A DNA stretch of 64,000 bases from contig JAUFOQ010000013.1 in NCBI GenBank assembly GCA_040285855.1, positions 1,674,001 to 1,738,000 on the forward strand. Reading direction: 5' to 3'. The notes below the pieces were generated by a model. It was not told the DNA's origin and made no database searches. It saw only the letters and a program-made list of their open reading frames with translations. The DNA is from Eukaryota sp. GEM-RC1 (lineage: Eukaryota). This document shows positions 34,542 to 46,880 of the stretch, piece after piece. The number at the start of each line of letters is the position of its first letter. The first letter of the stretch is position 1. Made by a program: the position numbers and the translations under genes.

Positions 34542-37500
34542 CTACCTCTTCTCTCTTTTCGAGTTCCTTGTTCTCTTGGCTACAGGTGACTTAGCTTTCT
34601 GAGATTGCTCGCTGGATACTCTTTTCTTCTTAGGCCTGTGGACAGTGGAGTCATTACTACTATTACTATTTAATTTAATAAACTCTGAGTATGCTTTCGT
34701 ATTCGTGATGTCTTTTAGGGGAACTGCTGAGTGTTCGCCACCAAACCAGACTACTGTGCAATACTCGCCTTCAGGGGTATCATATCGATCAAGGACTTTG
34801 ACCAAGATATGTTCTTCAGTATCACCCGAAGCAACAGCCTTGTGAAGCTCATCATCATTGGGTAAATCTGTCTGATAGATCTTGCATTGATGGATGCTTG
34901 CTTTACCAACGTGACCAGTGATCAAATTCTTGATAGACATGGAAGTATTGGAATCAATTGACATTACTAAGAATGGTCCACAATAACTACCATGTAGCTT
35001 GGATGACTTAGTTGCCTTGAGCACAAGGTCCCCTGCCTTAAAGGGATTAGGTTGAGATTTCTTAGAAGGAGCCTTACTCGATTGTCGAGCCCCTGCCTTT
35101 TCTCTCTTTTCTTTAAGGCGTTTCAGTTTCAGAGCCATGTCGTCGATGAACGAAATTTCCGAAGTGGAACATTCGATCGCTTTTAACATAGTACCGGGGT
35201 CTGCACCTGGGCTTATGTCGCTACCAAACATCAACTCGTAGGGGGAATGTCCCGTTACACTACTCTTAGTTGAATTGATTTGGAGCTGAACCGAAGGAAT
35301 GTATGTTGACCAATTGTCGTAATCATTGAAATCGACAAGAAGACGGCGTAGACTTTGCAGCACGTCTCTATGTCGTCGTTCCACCAGACCATTACTCTGA
35401 GAGAAATGAGGGATCGATCGACTGACTTCAATGGCCAGTAGGTTGCAAACTGCCTCGAATGTAGCGTTAGCAAACTCCTTGCCGTTATCACTATGGATAC
35501 AGAACGGTATACCAAAAATAGCTATTACATCCCAAACCAGGCGATATGCTACTTCAGTGCTATTCAGATCCTCGAGGGGGCTTAAAATGGTGTATCTGCT
35601 GAACGAGTCAACAAATACCAGTAGAAACTGGTTTCCATTTTGATCTTTTGGCAGAGGTCCTATTGTGTCGACGTTAAGTCTTGCAAAAGGTCGATTAGCC
35701 CATAGAGAACCCGTCGGCTCAATTGCCAGTTTACGGACAGGTGCCGTTTTCTGACAGGATGGACATCGATTCACGTGGTTGATCATGTCAACCTTCATGC
35801 TAGGCCAAAAGTAGCCACTATTGAACAGCTTTTCCAAACTATTTTTCAAGTTAGGGTGACCAGACTGGACGAGTCCGTGGAGCATGTAGAGGACTTTCTT
35901 ACGTAAGCTCGACGGTATCAGTATCTTATTCTTGCTGTTAACGTAAGTCTTGCTCTTAGGACAAAGGTTAGCTTTTGTGAATAAAGTGTCTTTTGCTTTT
36001 ATTGCCGTTAGCTGCTCAGCTCTGATGGTTGATAGCCATGAGTTGAACAGGGGCAACTTGCCATCTGTTGAAAGTTCACGGAGGTTGCTAATTACATAAA
36101 CTGAGTTGTCATGTGGTTGAGACTCGATGTAGTTGGCTTCATCATATCTCAAATCATTACGATTGAGTGTGATGTGATCCTCGGTGTGGCGTTCAATCAG
36201 ATTTACTGATTTGATTGTTTCCACTGGATTGCGGTCAATAACGCGAGAGAGCATGTCAGCCCAGTGGTTGTCTTCTCCTGCAACGTGTTCAATCTCAAAA
36301 CTAAACTCGGATAAGATGGGGATCCAACGTTTTACGATCCTATTCTTTTCTGGAGCGGATATGAGAAAGGAAAGGTTCCTGTGATCAGTGAAGATCACCA
36401 AGTGTCTACTTATGAGGAAGCTTTCTAGGTTTGATTCAGTCAGAATCAACAAGATTGCGTACAGCTCTTTCTGGATAGCTGACCAATTTTGCTGACTGTC
36501 GTTAAGGAGTCGGCTATAGAAGGATACCGGTTTTACCTTGCGATCCTTCAGTGGAGTGCCGGGTGGAGCTGGGGGTTTTCTTCCTGCCAGATGACTCCTC
36601 CTACGGCGATGTCCGATGCGTCTGTCGATATGATAATGTTCTTATCTTCGTCAGGTAAGTCTAGAGCCATGTTATTGATTATCAACCGTTTTATTTCGTT
36701 TAATAAGTTTTCATGTTCGTCTGTCCAGTAAATCTTCTTTGGTTTGTCTCTGGTTAGTTTAATAATCGGTGACATCAGGTCCGAGAAATTCGGAATCCAA
36801 TCACGGATGTAATTCAACGCGCCAATGAGACTTCGAACCTCAGGAAGTGTCTTGGGGGACGGTAGACTCTTTAAAGCCGAGACCCTACTCTCGTCAATGT
36901 GACGGGTTTTGTTCACAAAGTCGCTGCCTAGAATCTTTATTTTATGACTTGAAGTCGTGAAATGACACTTCTTTAAGCCAAACCGTACTCGGTAACGTCT
37001 GGCGCGTTCAAGTACGTTTGCGATTCTTGAAAGAAACTCTTCGAAGGTGTTGCCAATGACAATTATATCGTCGATATAAATGAACACACCTTCACAACTG
37101 AAGATTTCCATCATGATGTTTTGGAAGATTGCAGGTACATTCTTTAAACCAAAACATGCTCGTTTGAAGCTAATTGTGGTCTTATTGACGTCCTCGTCAG
37201 CTACTTTTAGCTGCCAGAAGGCTTTTGGGAGGTCGAGTGTTCCTATGAAATTTGCTTTCGATAGGAACTCCAGGGTATCGCAAATCCTTGGAAGGTTCGG
37301 CTTCACAGGTTTGGTATTAGCATTGATCCCATCAAGTCCACTGAAATCTCCAGTTAAACGAGGCTTGCGGTGGTCATTGTAGACGACCAAGACTATGGGA
37401 CTGCTGAACTTTCCGTTTGATGGTACGGCCCATCCTTTACGTATTAATTCATTAAAAATCTCCTCGGCTACCCGTTGTTTTGTGGGATTTAGCTTCCGGG

Positions 37501-38433
37501 GAGGACGAAAGACAGTGACGTTTTCGTCATAGAAGGGGATTGACATCGGAGAGCAGTCTATGCCATCGGGGTCAATGTCTTCTGAAAAAACGTCTGCGTA
37601 CTCACTTAGTGTTTTCAGCAATGTCTCTCTTCGAGTGGTGTCGTCAAGACGAATGATACAGCCAGAATCATCTATGAATCGTTCAAAATCGGAACCTGAG
37701 TTTGGATTTGATTGAGAGTCGCCGTTCACATCGTTAGAAACATTCAAAATTGATTGATTCCCGATGGAATTTGGAGGAGTTATCATCCTTGCGTCAAATT
37801 CACTCTCTGCGTTCAGGATAGTGCGGTGCTCTTTGTCTAGTTGAATGACTAAACCATCATCCGTCAGGAGTCCAAGTTCGTTAAGCAGGTCACGTCCTAT
37901 TAAAAATATTCCGGTACCAGGAATTATAGGAAGACAGTGCTTCATGTGAACGATGTTGGCCAGACTCCCGACGTTGAACGTCAGTGTACCAATTGCACTC
38001 CCCAGGGATGTTGCACGAATATTATTCGCTGAAAGGTAATCGATGCTGTCATCGATCATATCCATTCACAGAGACGGGCTGAATCTTGTGTAATGACAGA
38101 GCATGTTGCAGCTGTGTCAAATTCGCCGGTTACTGGCACATTGTTGATCAACAGTCGAAAAGATAGGGACCCTTTTCCACTATCATCGACCCCTAGGTTC
38201 TGTAAGCTGTTTATTTTGTTACCACTACCCAGTGAGTCTAAGGACGCTATGGGGTTTGAATATTCTAGAGGGGTGTTGTCGATTTTGTTAAGTTGAAAAA
38301 TGTAGTTACTATCTTTATTTGATTTTTTTGAACTTCTATCGTCACCAGCTCTACGTTTGTGTTGTCGTTGGGGTTGCTCTGCTTTCTTTGAGCGGCAGTC
38401 TTTGGCAAGATGACCCTTCTTGTTACAATTGTA
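34542..38433 (-). pseudogene. pol: Gypsy pol (protease, RT, RNase H, integrase, chromodomain-like tail) with frameshifts
   Basis: Protease GEFDTAATCSVIT (~38110). RT LDLPKAFWQL...FGLKN...YIDD. RNase H STDASD...KELYAI...TDHRNL. Integrase H..GHP..CPSC, NVDTIG, HSDNG, NGLVERR. Frame shifts at ~38068 and ~36575. Confidence 0.92.
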
Positions 38434-39783
38434 TCAAACGACTTCGTCTCTGGGACCTCTTCTTTGGTCCTGAGATTGTTCTCTTTTCTTGGAGCCTCTG
38501 TGTTGTCGTCTTTCGGCGGGCTTTTCAGTTGGGCGAGACGTGCTAACAGTAGCGGAAGAGCGTTTCCAATCAATGTACGCGGCCTTGAGTTCATTAATGA
38601 ACTGAGGCAATTCGTACTGATTGTCTCTAGAAGTGAGACGATCAACCCAATGAATTTTCAGATCCGTTAATAGGGACGATTCACCTTGGGGATCTAACTT
38701 CTTTAACATGACGTCGGCAATTAGGTTTGCGGGGACATGTTTGCGTTCGTGTTGGTGGACTGTGGGAACAGCAGTTGACCGTTGAATGATTGTAATCACA
38801 CCTTTCAAATAGGCATTGATTGCTTGAGTGGGCTCTTGGCTAAGAGTGCACTGAACTCTCTTGAGGGCCTGGATAGCCGTCGAAGAGGATGGAAATTGAG
38901 TCAGTAGAAGGATGTATAACCAAAGTTTCTCATCACTCGTACCTTCCATCTCCAATTCATTCAGCATTCTCCAGGAGTAAACCAGTTCTGTGCTAATAAA
39001 CTTAGAACATTCAGATGGGTCTACTTCCTTGAGAGAAGTGCGTACTAGGTCGAAGCCATGTACAGGTTCACCTAACTCAGTAGAATAGGGGCCATCACCT
39101 TGACCACGAATTTCTTTTGACCAGTACGTGAAATCTAAGATAAAATTTAAAATTTTCTTCGGGTCCTCACTGTCTAGAGTTTTTGGACGGAATTTGTTTT
39201 TAGATTTTAAAGTCGATTTAGACGTTTTGGGGTGACCACGACCAGAGATAGCAGAGGAGGTCAGATGAGATGTTCCTTGGTCTTCTTCGGAGGAGCTTGG
39301 TTCCTCGGGTTCAGATGGGGATGGCTCTCGACGACTCTCTTCTCGGCGTTTCCATTCTTCTTGTTGGCGTTCGAATTCTTTTCGTGCTGAAGCAGGACTA
39401 GGACTATACACTGGAGGTCTGTATCCGGGTGGTGTCGGTGATAGTGACGGTGAACGTAGAACAGTAGTTCTTTTCTTCTGTTTCACTCTTGGAGTTTTCT
39501 CCAGTTGACTTGTTGTCAAGGGATCTCTCGAAGAAGCACTACTTTCCTGACGAGTGAGTTCGTCGAATTCGGACTTCTTGATTTCCCCAGTTGTACCCAA
39601 GGTTCGGTCCAGAATTTTGTAAACGATCACTGTTTCAGGGCGTTTGCTTTGACCTGGATATTCTTCTTGAGACGGAAGTTTCGTTGAATCAAGAAGTTCG
39701 CGGTCATCATGCAGGGCAGCATGGATTTGCCGTTCCCTTTTATTAGAACCCTCAGTAGGATCGATCAATTGGTCACCTCTCAT
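38434..39783 (-). CDS. gag: Gypsy gag-like ORF
   Basis: 449-aa ORF upstream of the protease. Its TGA replaces the first Cys of a CCHC knuckle (*YNCNKKGHLAKDC), and the frame continues into the protease. Confidence 0.75.
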   Translation of the reverse strand: MRGDQLIDPTEGSNKRERQIHAALHDDRELLDSTKLPSQEEYPGQSKRPETVIVYKILDRTLGTTGEIKKSEFDELTRQESSASSRDPLTTSQLEKTPRVKQKKRTTVLRSPSLSPTPPGYRPPVYSPSPASARKEFERQQEEWKRREESRREPSPSEPEEPSSSEEDQGTSHLTSSAISGRGHPKTSKSTLKSKNKFRPKTLDSEDPKKILNFILDFTYWSKEIRGQGDGPYSTELGEPVHGFDLVRTSLKEVDPSECSKFISTELVYSWRMLNELEMEGTSDEKLWLYILLLTQFPSSSTAIQALKRVQCTLSQEPTQAINAYLKGVITIIQRSTAVPTVHQHERKHVPANLIADVMLKKLDPQGESSLLTDLKIHWVDRLTSRDNQYELPQFINELKAAYIDWKRSSATVSTSRPTEKPAERRQHRGSKKREQSQDQRRGPRDEVV

Positions 39784-40904
39784 TCCGAAAGGGACGATTG
39801 TTCCATATCTAGTGGGGGCATAATACTATAAACTTGCTCCGACGATTTGCCAGGAGGTAAGTTGTCGTATACGGGGGTTTCGGGAAGCCACGCTGTGCTT
39901 ATTGCAACATCTTTGCATGCAGCTTTCTTAGTGGACAAGCTGTATTGGTACCATGCTGGGTACTCATATACCAAACTCTGTCCGGATGGATGAACCGTTT
40001 CCATCAGTGGTTCGACTGAGATTCCATGAGCTGGATCCCAGGATTCACTAACGGGAAATCTATATGTGTCCCCGCGACGTGGGTCAAACTTACCTGCAAG
40101 GTAACGAGTGATTACTTCTGGGGGAGTCATAGGAGGTACATTTCTGATTAGGAAGTGCTTGGCTTCCTTCAATCTTTGACGAAGGAGCACATTGAAGGGA
40201 TCGAACTTGGCCATTTGCCACAGTTGGCGATCGTCAATTCCAATGAGCGAGTCCTGGCTACTGGCGAACGGAATGAGCTCATTCGGTATCGCTGCTCTGT
40301 GCCAATTTTGCGGGTTTCGAGATGACTCGGGGAACTGGCGTTGGACTAGCTTTGCCTTCTCTGCATTGTTATATCTCCTGCGCTCCTCGTCGATCATATG
40401 TTTATGGGACTGAATAGCCCAACCATGAGTAGGTTTGGCATATAACAACGTGTTGACCTTGTCGGCTGCAGCTTTTAGTTCTTTCTGCGTTGCTTCGAGA
40501 CGTAGTTTATGGAACTCACGTTCTTCCTCCCGTGACAAATCTTCAATTTGAACGACGTCAGGGGGATACGACAGAGGAACCAGCCAGAGGACCGTGAGAG
40601 GTTGTCTGGTTTGCAGCGACATCCAAAGCACCTTGAGGGGTTGTTTGGGAGTTGATTCGTGCAAAGCACCTTGAGGGGTTGTTTGGGAAATATAACCATC
40701 CAGAGGACCTTGAGAGGTTGTCTGGGAATCATCCAGAGGACCAGGATTGGTTGTCTGGGAATCTTTCAATGGAGCTTCATCTCCTCTGGAACCAGGTGGG
40801 GAACCAGAAGGACTTCGAATGCGAGGACCAAACATGGTTGTCGCTTCTCCTTCATCTCGAGGGCTTCTAGAAGCTGTCGAGGGATCTTCAGTTCGAGGAC
40901 TCAT
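39780..40904 (-). CDS. Additional 5' ORF of the retrotransposon, unknown function
   Basis: ~375 codons from MSPRTEDP, with internal SQTTxQGPLD-like repeats (40570-40770). Its stop overlaps the gag start (ATGA). Confidence 0.65.
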   Translation of the reverse strand: MSPRTEDPSTASRSPRDEGEATTMFGPRIRSPSGSPPGSRGDEAPLKDSQTTNPGPLDDSQTTSQGPLDGYISQTTPQGALHESTPKQPLKVLWMSLQTRQPLTVLWLVPLSYPPDVVQIEDLSREEEREFHKLRLEATQKELKAAADKVNTLLYAKPTHGWAIQSHKHMIDEERRRYNNAEKAKLVQRQFPESSRNPQNWHRAAIPNELIPFASSQDSLIGIDDRQLWQMAKFDPFNVLLRQRLKEAKHFLIRNVPPMTPPEVITRYLAGKFDPRRGDTYRFPVSESWDPAHGISVEPLMETVHPSGQSLVYEYPAWYQYSLSTKKAACKDVAISTAWLPETPVYDNLPPGKSSEQVYSIMPPLDMEQSSLSE

Positions 40905-41508
40905 ACGAGCTGTCGAATCTTCGTCGCTTCTACCACGAGAAGGACAATAATTATTGATACCTGAATAGGTAGACATGCAAGGGGAAAGGATAATATATTT
41001 TATAAATGGCAACACCATACTTCAACACTGCCACATCATAACACCTGTGGCCAACATACTCTTGACTTCTCAGAATAATTTTAGGAGAAACAAATATGAT
41101 ACTCCCTCGACCATAATTGAAAGTTCTTCTTTAATTGAAAAACTGGACGTATTTTATATGTTTGAGAGTAGTCAACTTGGTAAGAATGTTTCTGAACATC
41201 AAATTTGATCAAAAGTTTTTGTTGAATTATTGTCTTTAAACAATTCTGTTCTCGAAAGCTCTTTTAGCTCACGGTGTTTTCGATGTAGAAAGAACTTCTG
41301 TGAGTTTCAATGCTAGTGACTTGTTTATTTTATGATATTGAGTTCTAGTTGTTGATATTAGTGGATTGTATCAATTAATAATTAATAAATGTGTTTGGCT
41401 TGAATACTAATACATTATTGATTTTAATCATAATAAATGTAGCTTAAAGAATCTAATAGTTCTAGAAATGGAGTTACGCTCTAGCTGTGTTTCCGTAAAT
41501 AAATAAAC

Positions 41509-44121
41509 CTAAAACAGAAATCCAAAGAAAGAATTCAACCGTTTTAACTTTTTCTTAGCCTCAGAATTACCTAAATCAGCCGCCTTCTGAAACCAGTCAA
41601 TAGCAGTACCTTTGTTCTTTTCACACCATACCCATAGAGATAAGATTGTCCAAGAGTATACATTGCATCTGAATACTTGAGGTCTGCTGCTTTTCGGTAC
41701 CAGTACATTGCGTGTTCAATGTTTTTACGCACACCAATTCCATGATAGTAAGAATTACCACATAAATACATAGCCACAACGTGTCCTAAATCAGCAGCTG
41801 TTTGAAGCCAATGATTAGCTTTTCGAAGGTCTTTTCAACGACTTCACCTTTAAAGTAACAATCACCAAGAGCGAACATGGCATCAGAATTTCCCAAAACA
41901 GCAGCTTCTTGAAACCAATATAGAGCATCTTCCATGTTTTTACAAACGCCAATTCCATGGAAATAACAATTACCATATATATACATAGCCCCAGCATGTC
42001 CTAAATCAGCAGCCTTTTTGTACCAAAACGCAGCTTTTCCAGAATCTTGTTCCACACCTTCTCCTTCAAGATAGCGACCACCCAGAACAACCATGGCTTC
42101 AGAATCTCCCGCATCTGGAGTTTTATAAGACTCAGCTTGTTCAAGGTCTTGGTCCAGTCCTTGAACATCTTGAAAACCATTACTAAGATTAATCATGACT
42201 TCAGAATCTCCCACATCTGGAGTTTTATGGCACTCAGCTTGTTCAAGGTCTTGGTCCAGTCCTTGAACATCTCGAGCACAAACACTAAGATTAATCATAG
42301 CTTCAGGATTTCCCAAATCTGCAGCTTTTTGGCACCAAGAAGCAGCCTTTTCAAAGTCTTGTTGCACACCTGTTCCTAATTGATAACAAACACCAAGATT
42401 GAACATAGCATCAGAATTTTCCAAATTAGCAGCTTTGTTAAACCAATGTAGAGCTTTTACAAGATCTTTTTCCAGTCCTTGTCCATCTCTGTAACAAACA
42501 CCAAGATTGAACATAGCATCAGAATTTTCCAAATTAGCAGCTTTGTTAAACCAATGTAGAGCTTTTACAAGATCTTTTTCCAGTCCTTGTCCATCTCTGT
42601 AACAAAGACCAAGATTGAACATAGCATCAGAATTTTCCAAATTAGCAGCTTTGTTAAACCAATGTAGAGCTTTTACAAGATCTTTTTCCAGTCCTTGTCC
42701 ATCTCTGTAACAAACACCAAGATTGAACATAGCATCAGAATTTTCCAAATTAGCAGCTTTTTTAAAACAATGTAGAGCTTTTACAAGATCTTTTTCCAGT
42801 CCTTGTCCATCTCTGTAACAAACACCAAGATTGAACATAGCATCTGAGTTTCTTCTGTCATCAGCTTTTAAAAACCAATGTACAGCTTGTAGAAAGTCTT
42901 TTTCCAGACCTTGCCCGTTTCTGTAACAAACGCCTAGATTAACCATAGCGTCAGAGTTTCCCAAATCAGCAGCTCTTTGAAACCAATACACAGCTACCGT
43001 ATAGTTTTGATGAACTTCATCTCCACACTTATAAGAATTACCAAGATTATTCATTTGCTGACTTTTCCAATCATCAGATCTCCGTTCAACTTCACAAGTC
43101 GTGTCATTGTCGCTAATTTTAGTTTGAACACCATTTGCTGAGTTGTCGAGATCCATCGCTTCAACAACTACTTGAAATTCTTTCAACCTTTTCAGCACAT
43201 GATTAATAGACGGTCTTTGACTCGGATTAACAGAAAAACACTTACCAATCAATGAGGAAATTGATAGCGGAAATCCAGGAGGATAAACAAATAAATGCTC
43301 ATGTTCTTTTGCATTAGTTACTTCTGAAATTGACATGCCGTCAAAAGCAAGTCCATTGGAAAACATTTCATAAAGCAGTATTCCCAAACTATAAATATCA
43401 AATGCAGGGCCAAATACATCCTTAAGGGCTTCTGGTGGAATATACTTGGGGGAAACTTGAAGAGATGAAGAAACGGTTTGAGGAGAACCAAGATCAGAAA
43501 TTTTGACTCTAGAATTTACAATAATGACATTCTCAGCTTTGATATTGTAGTGAACAATGCCTTTGGAATGTAGAAACTGTACAGCTGTGCAAATCCCAAT
43601 TGCTTGGGAAAGTGTAGTGGGAGAAAGCGATGTTGGAACTTGCAAATGTCCAGAACCAAGTTCCATGACTATTCCAATGTGCTCAGGAAGTCTGGTTATA
43701 CCAAAGACTGGAAGAACATGAGGATGAGACAGAGGTAACATTTGAGACACCTCTTGGTGTAATAATTCTTCGCTGTGAGTAGCTTTGTTTACCATTTTTA
43801 CGGCAACCACACAGTTGTTCCACTCAGCACTACGAACAACATCGCCAGCAATGTTCTCCAGAAAGTTGGAGTCATCGAGTTGGAGATCGTCAGGAGAAAT
43901 TTCAACCAGATCGGAAAAATTTTCTGGCACAGGATCAGCTGCTTGATGTAACGCTGAAGAATGGACCGAATCGGCAAGAAGAGTTTTCAGTCCGCAAGTT
44001 GGACAGCTCCCGTTAGTATCGAGCCATTGTTTTATGCATAGATGGCAAAAGAATGTCCACAAGGTAAAGTTACAGCTCCTTGGAATGTTCCAGAACAGAT
44101 AGTGCAGTGAAGGTAGAACAT
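41509..44121 (-). CDS. RING + pseudokinase + Sel1-repeat protein (frame breaks at ~44050, ~41825, ~41620, probably indel errors)
   Basis: MFYLHCTICSGTFQGAVTLPCGHSF/CHLCIKQWLDTNGSCPTC; kinase fold VAVK, HYNIKAENV, ISDLG, DIYSLG; more than 10 Sel1 repeats AMFNLGVCYRDGQGLEKD, with near-identical 108-bp units at 42380-42850. Confidence 0.85.
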
Positions 44122-44210
44122 TAAAATTTGATATGGACTAGCAGACAGTGAATTTCATTTCAAATCAATATCACTGGAACCTTTCATTCACCTTCTAATA
44201 AATCGTACTT

Positions 44211-45008
44211 ATGTTGTCTTTGTCTTCAATAGATCAACCAAACTCCATCCCAATAGAACTTAATTACTATCTTGTTGCTGGAGCAAGAAAGTTTGGTGAC
44301 AAGTATGTTGGACTGCTCTTTGACGATATCCTTGACGTCACAGTCGAAAACCTCACTACTCTTCTTATGAGCCATTATTCTGAAGTCGCAACTAGACTCA
44401 GAAAAGAACAACACCCTGAAGCTTCTTTAGAAATCTCCTTCCGCATATCCAACAACTTTGGAAACAGAAGTTCCAGCACAATTCAAGGATGGGTGATTGA
44501 TTACGTCTCTGATAATCCCCATGCCTTTTGTGTAAAAATTAACCCACAGGCAGCAATCACTGCCAGATTTTATGATCAATGGGTCCGAACTAGAGAACAA
44601 GAAGAGGCTAGAATAATTACTTTGGATGAACTAAAGAATCATCCTGCTAATTCAACATTGGTTCTTGCAGAAAACTTATGGGTGAGTTGGTTGGATCTCA
44701 TTAATCAAAAGAGAGCAGAAATTTCGGTTGTGCCAGAGTCCAATGTACCTTTTCTGGGAGAAGTTGTTGACAATCCCATTACAACCGACATGGCTGAAGA
44801 AATTGTGCAGTATGCTTCTGCTAGACTTTTTCGAATCAGAAAAGATGTTCTTGAATACTTAGATGCCTGTGAAGCCAAGTATTTCCGAGAAATGGAGGCT
44901 TTTATTATTGGACTAGGGAAAAGAAGAAGCAGCCAGGTTTTGATGAACGCTGATATCGAACAATCACTGGAGGTGTTACATTCGTTAATTCTTACATGTA
45001 TACTCTAA
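44211..45008 (+). CDS. Hypothetical protein
   Basis: 265-aa ORF with normal composition, divergent from the RING-kinase gene (89-bp gap). Its stop lies inside the adjacent MITE, so the 3' end may be truncated. Confidence 0.5.
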   Translation: MLSLSSIDQPNSIPIELNYYLVAGARKFGDKYVGLLFDDILDVTVENLTTLLMSHYSEVATRLRKEQHPEASLEISFRISNNFGNRSSSTIQGWVIDYVSDNPHAFCVKINPQAAITARFYDQWVRTREQEEARIITLDELKNHPANSTLVLAENLWVSWLDLINQKRAEISVVPESNVPFLGEVVDNPITTDMAEEIVQYASARLFRIRKDVLEYLDACEAKYFREMEAFIIGLGKRRSSQVLMNADIEQSLEVLHSLILTCIL

Positions 45009-45353
45009 TTTACCTAATACTCGACCCAAAATAACCCTTACTAGCCTACCTCTTCGTGGCTAGTAATAGGTAGGGGCTAGTAACGGAGGGGCTTGTATTA
45101 TGTAAGGGCTAGTAATTAACTTGAGGTCAACAATTCACAATAAACAAGAGAACTTTATACTATACTTGTAGCTTCATTACTTTATAGCCTTAAATTAACC
45201 CCATACTCATATTTTATCCTACACTACGTGTAGTGGTCTGGTACTGAGATTAGCAAAACACTATCAGAGCAAGGTGGGCTAGTATTAGGCATCTTACTAG
45301 CCTACACCTTCGTGGCTAGTATTAGGGAAGGGCTAGTATTAGGTTAATTAGAG
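45003..45353. mobile_element. MITE with TA target duplication
   Basis: TA-CTCTAATTTACCTAATACT ... AGTATTAGGTTAATTAGAG-TA. The internal hairpin motif TACTAGCCTAC..TTCGTGGCTAGTA occurs twice (~45039, ~45295). Confidence 0.8.
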
Positions 45354-45404
45354 TACACATGTTTTGATTTTGAGATCAAGAATTTTTGTTGTATATTTTT
45401 ATTT

Positions 45405-46150
45405 CATTGACAACAACACTACAGTGTACATACATCTAATAATCAATATCCTCAAAGTCCATATTGCCTAACTGGAAATTTTCACCTACCTTTTCCTCAT
45501 AATGTCTTCCAAGAGATTATAAAGCGCTAGATACAAAAGTCACCATACCTTTAAAAATAGCAAACACGATTCGATTTTCCAAAATCTAAGATCAAAAGTC
45601 CTAGATGTTTTTTATTTTACAGTCTTCACAAATATTTCAAGTAATGATGTGGCCGATTCACCTTAAGAACCATACAGTGAAAATCCAAACGGGTACAACA
45701 AGTAATTCGAGTGTGAAACCAAATTCAATAATTTCAATTTAGCACAGTATTTTTCAATTGTAAATTTTTAACCAATCACAGAGGGTTTTTAACAATAGAT
45801 TTAGTAAGTTTCTTGTTGGAACCATTCCAAACATAGTTAGACATAACATCAGCAATAACGAAAGAACCATCGAGACCAGGAAATATGACATCACCACGGC
45901 TACTTCCAAACGATTTCTCAACATCTGTATCATCAACAAATTAGCCAGAACTGGTTCTTAAAAGGAAATTATTCCAAAAGATTTACACATACAATATACT
46001 AGTAATTGATGCCTTACAGAATCATGAACCTTACTTCTCAAAGAAGAAGAAAAACGCTTACACTTTAATAAATGTGTAGGTGTTACAGATTGCCCACCTT
46101 GACATTTCAAATTATGGAAGACCGATGAAAGACTATATAATAACAATATC
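45405..46150 (-). mobile_element. Degenerate RLE-type non-LTR retrotransposon 3' part
   Basis: KCQGGQSVTPTHLLKCKRF...SKVHDSVRHQL...CMCKSFGI; an inverted homolog of 52490-53262, including the 3' UTR. Confidence 0.75.
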
Positions 46151-46599
46151 TTCTATAGTAATGTTTAATCCTTTTCTCACAATTTCATCAAAGTTATACA
46201 ATTGTTATAGCCACTGGGTGTTGGTTCTTACTTTACGTGTTTCCTTTGTCAGCGCCTTCAGGAGCATAACAGTTTTCATAATCTGTTCTTATATTACTTC
46301 GTGATAATTGATTTAACAAATTTGGACATTATTTTCTGATTTTCAAAGTTGTCAAAAAGGATGAACATTAAATTTGATCACATGCTTTGTTAAAAAACGC
46401 CTTTTATTAACAATTACAAATAGAGAATTTGCTTAGTACTAAAAAGGAGATACTAATACATCTACATCATCTCACACTCATGTCTTAATCATACTAGTGG
46501 ATCACACTACTTTTCTCAGTGTGATCACAACATGGGTGAGAACAAATATATTTATATTGTATTTATTGCAATAAATATCTATTTATATATTTATTGTTC

Positions 46600-46880
46600 T
46601 GTGATTTATGCCCTTTGCTGTTTCCAATTTATGGACGTTTAGGAAAAGGTGTATTGAATTTTTCAACGATTTCGGAAAAATCGTTAAAAGCAGGATGAAC
46701 AGACGTTTTGATCATATACTATGGTTGAATCGGATTGTTTTTACTGTTTTTAAAACAATTCCCCTAATCATCTCCAAAGCTTTATTAGCAGTGAGTTCCT
46801 TTTTTGAGGACAAAGCTGTTGTAAGGTTCGATAGCGACGGGTGTTGTTTTAATGATATCAAATTTTAGTTGTTTTGTCTA
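46600..46880 (+). mobile_element. LINE 3' fragment
   Basis: FMPFAVSNLW...FFNDF...RFDHILWLNRIVFTVFK matches the C-terminal pattern of the other LINE remnants in this window. Confidence 0.55.

Larger units (their letters stand above)
33222..41056 (-). mobile_element. Ty3/Gypsy LTR retrotransposon, full length
   Basis: 102-bp TG...CA LTRs (40955-41056; 33222-33272 plus 34491-34541), identical by eye. TACT TSD (33218-21, 41057-60). Domain order gag-PR-RT-RH-IN. Polypurine tract GAAAAGAGAGAAGAGG next to the 3' LTR. Confidence 0.95.
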
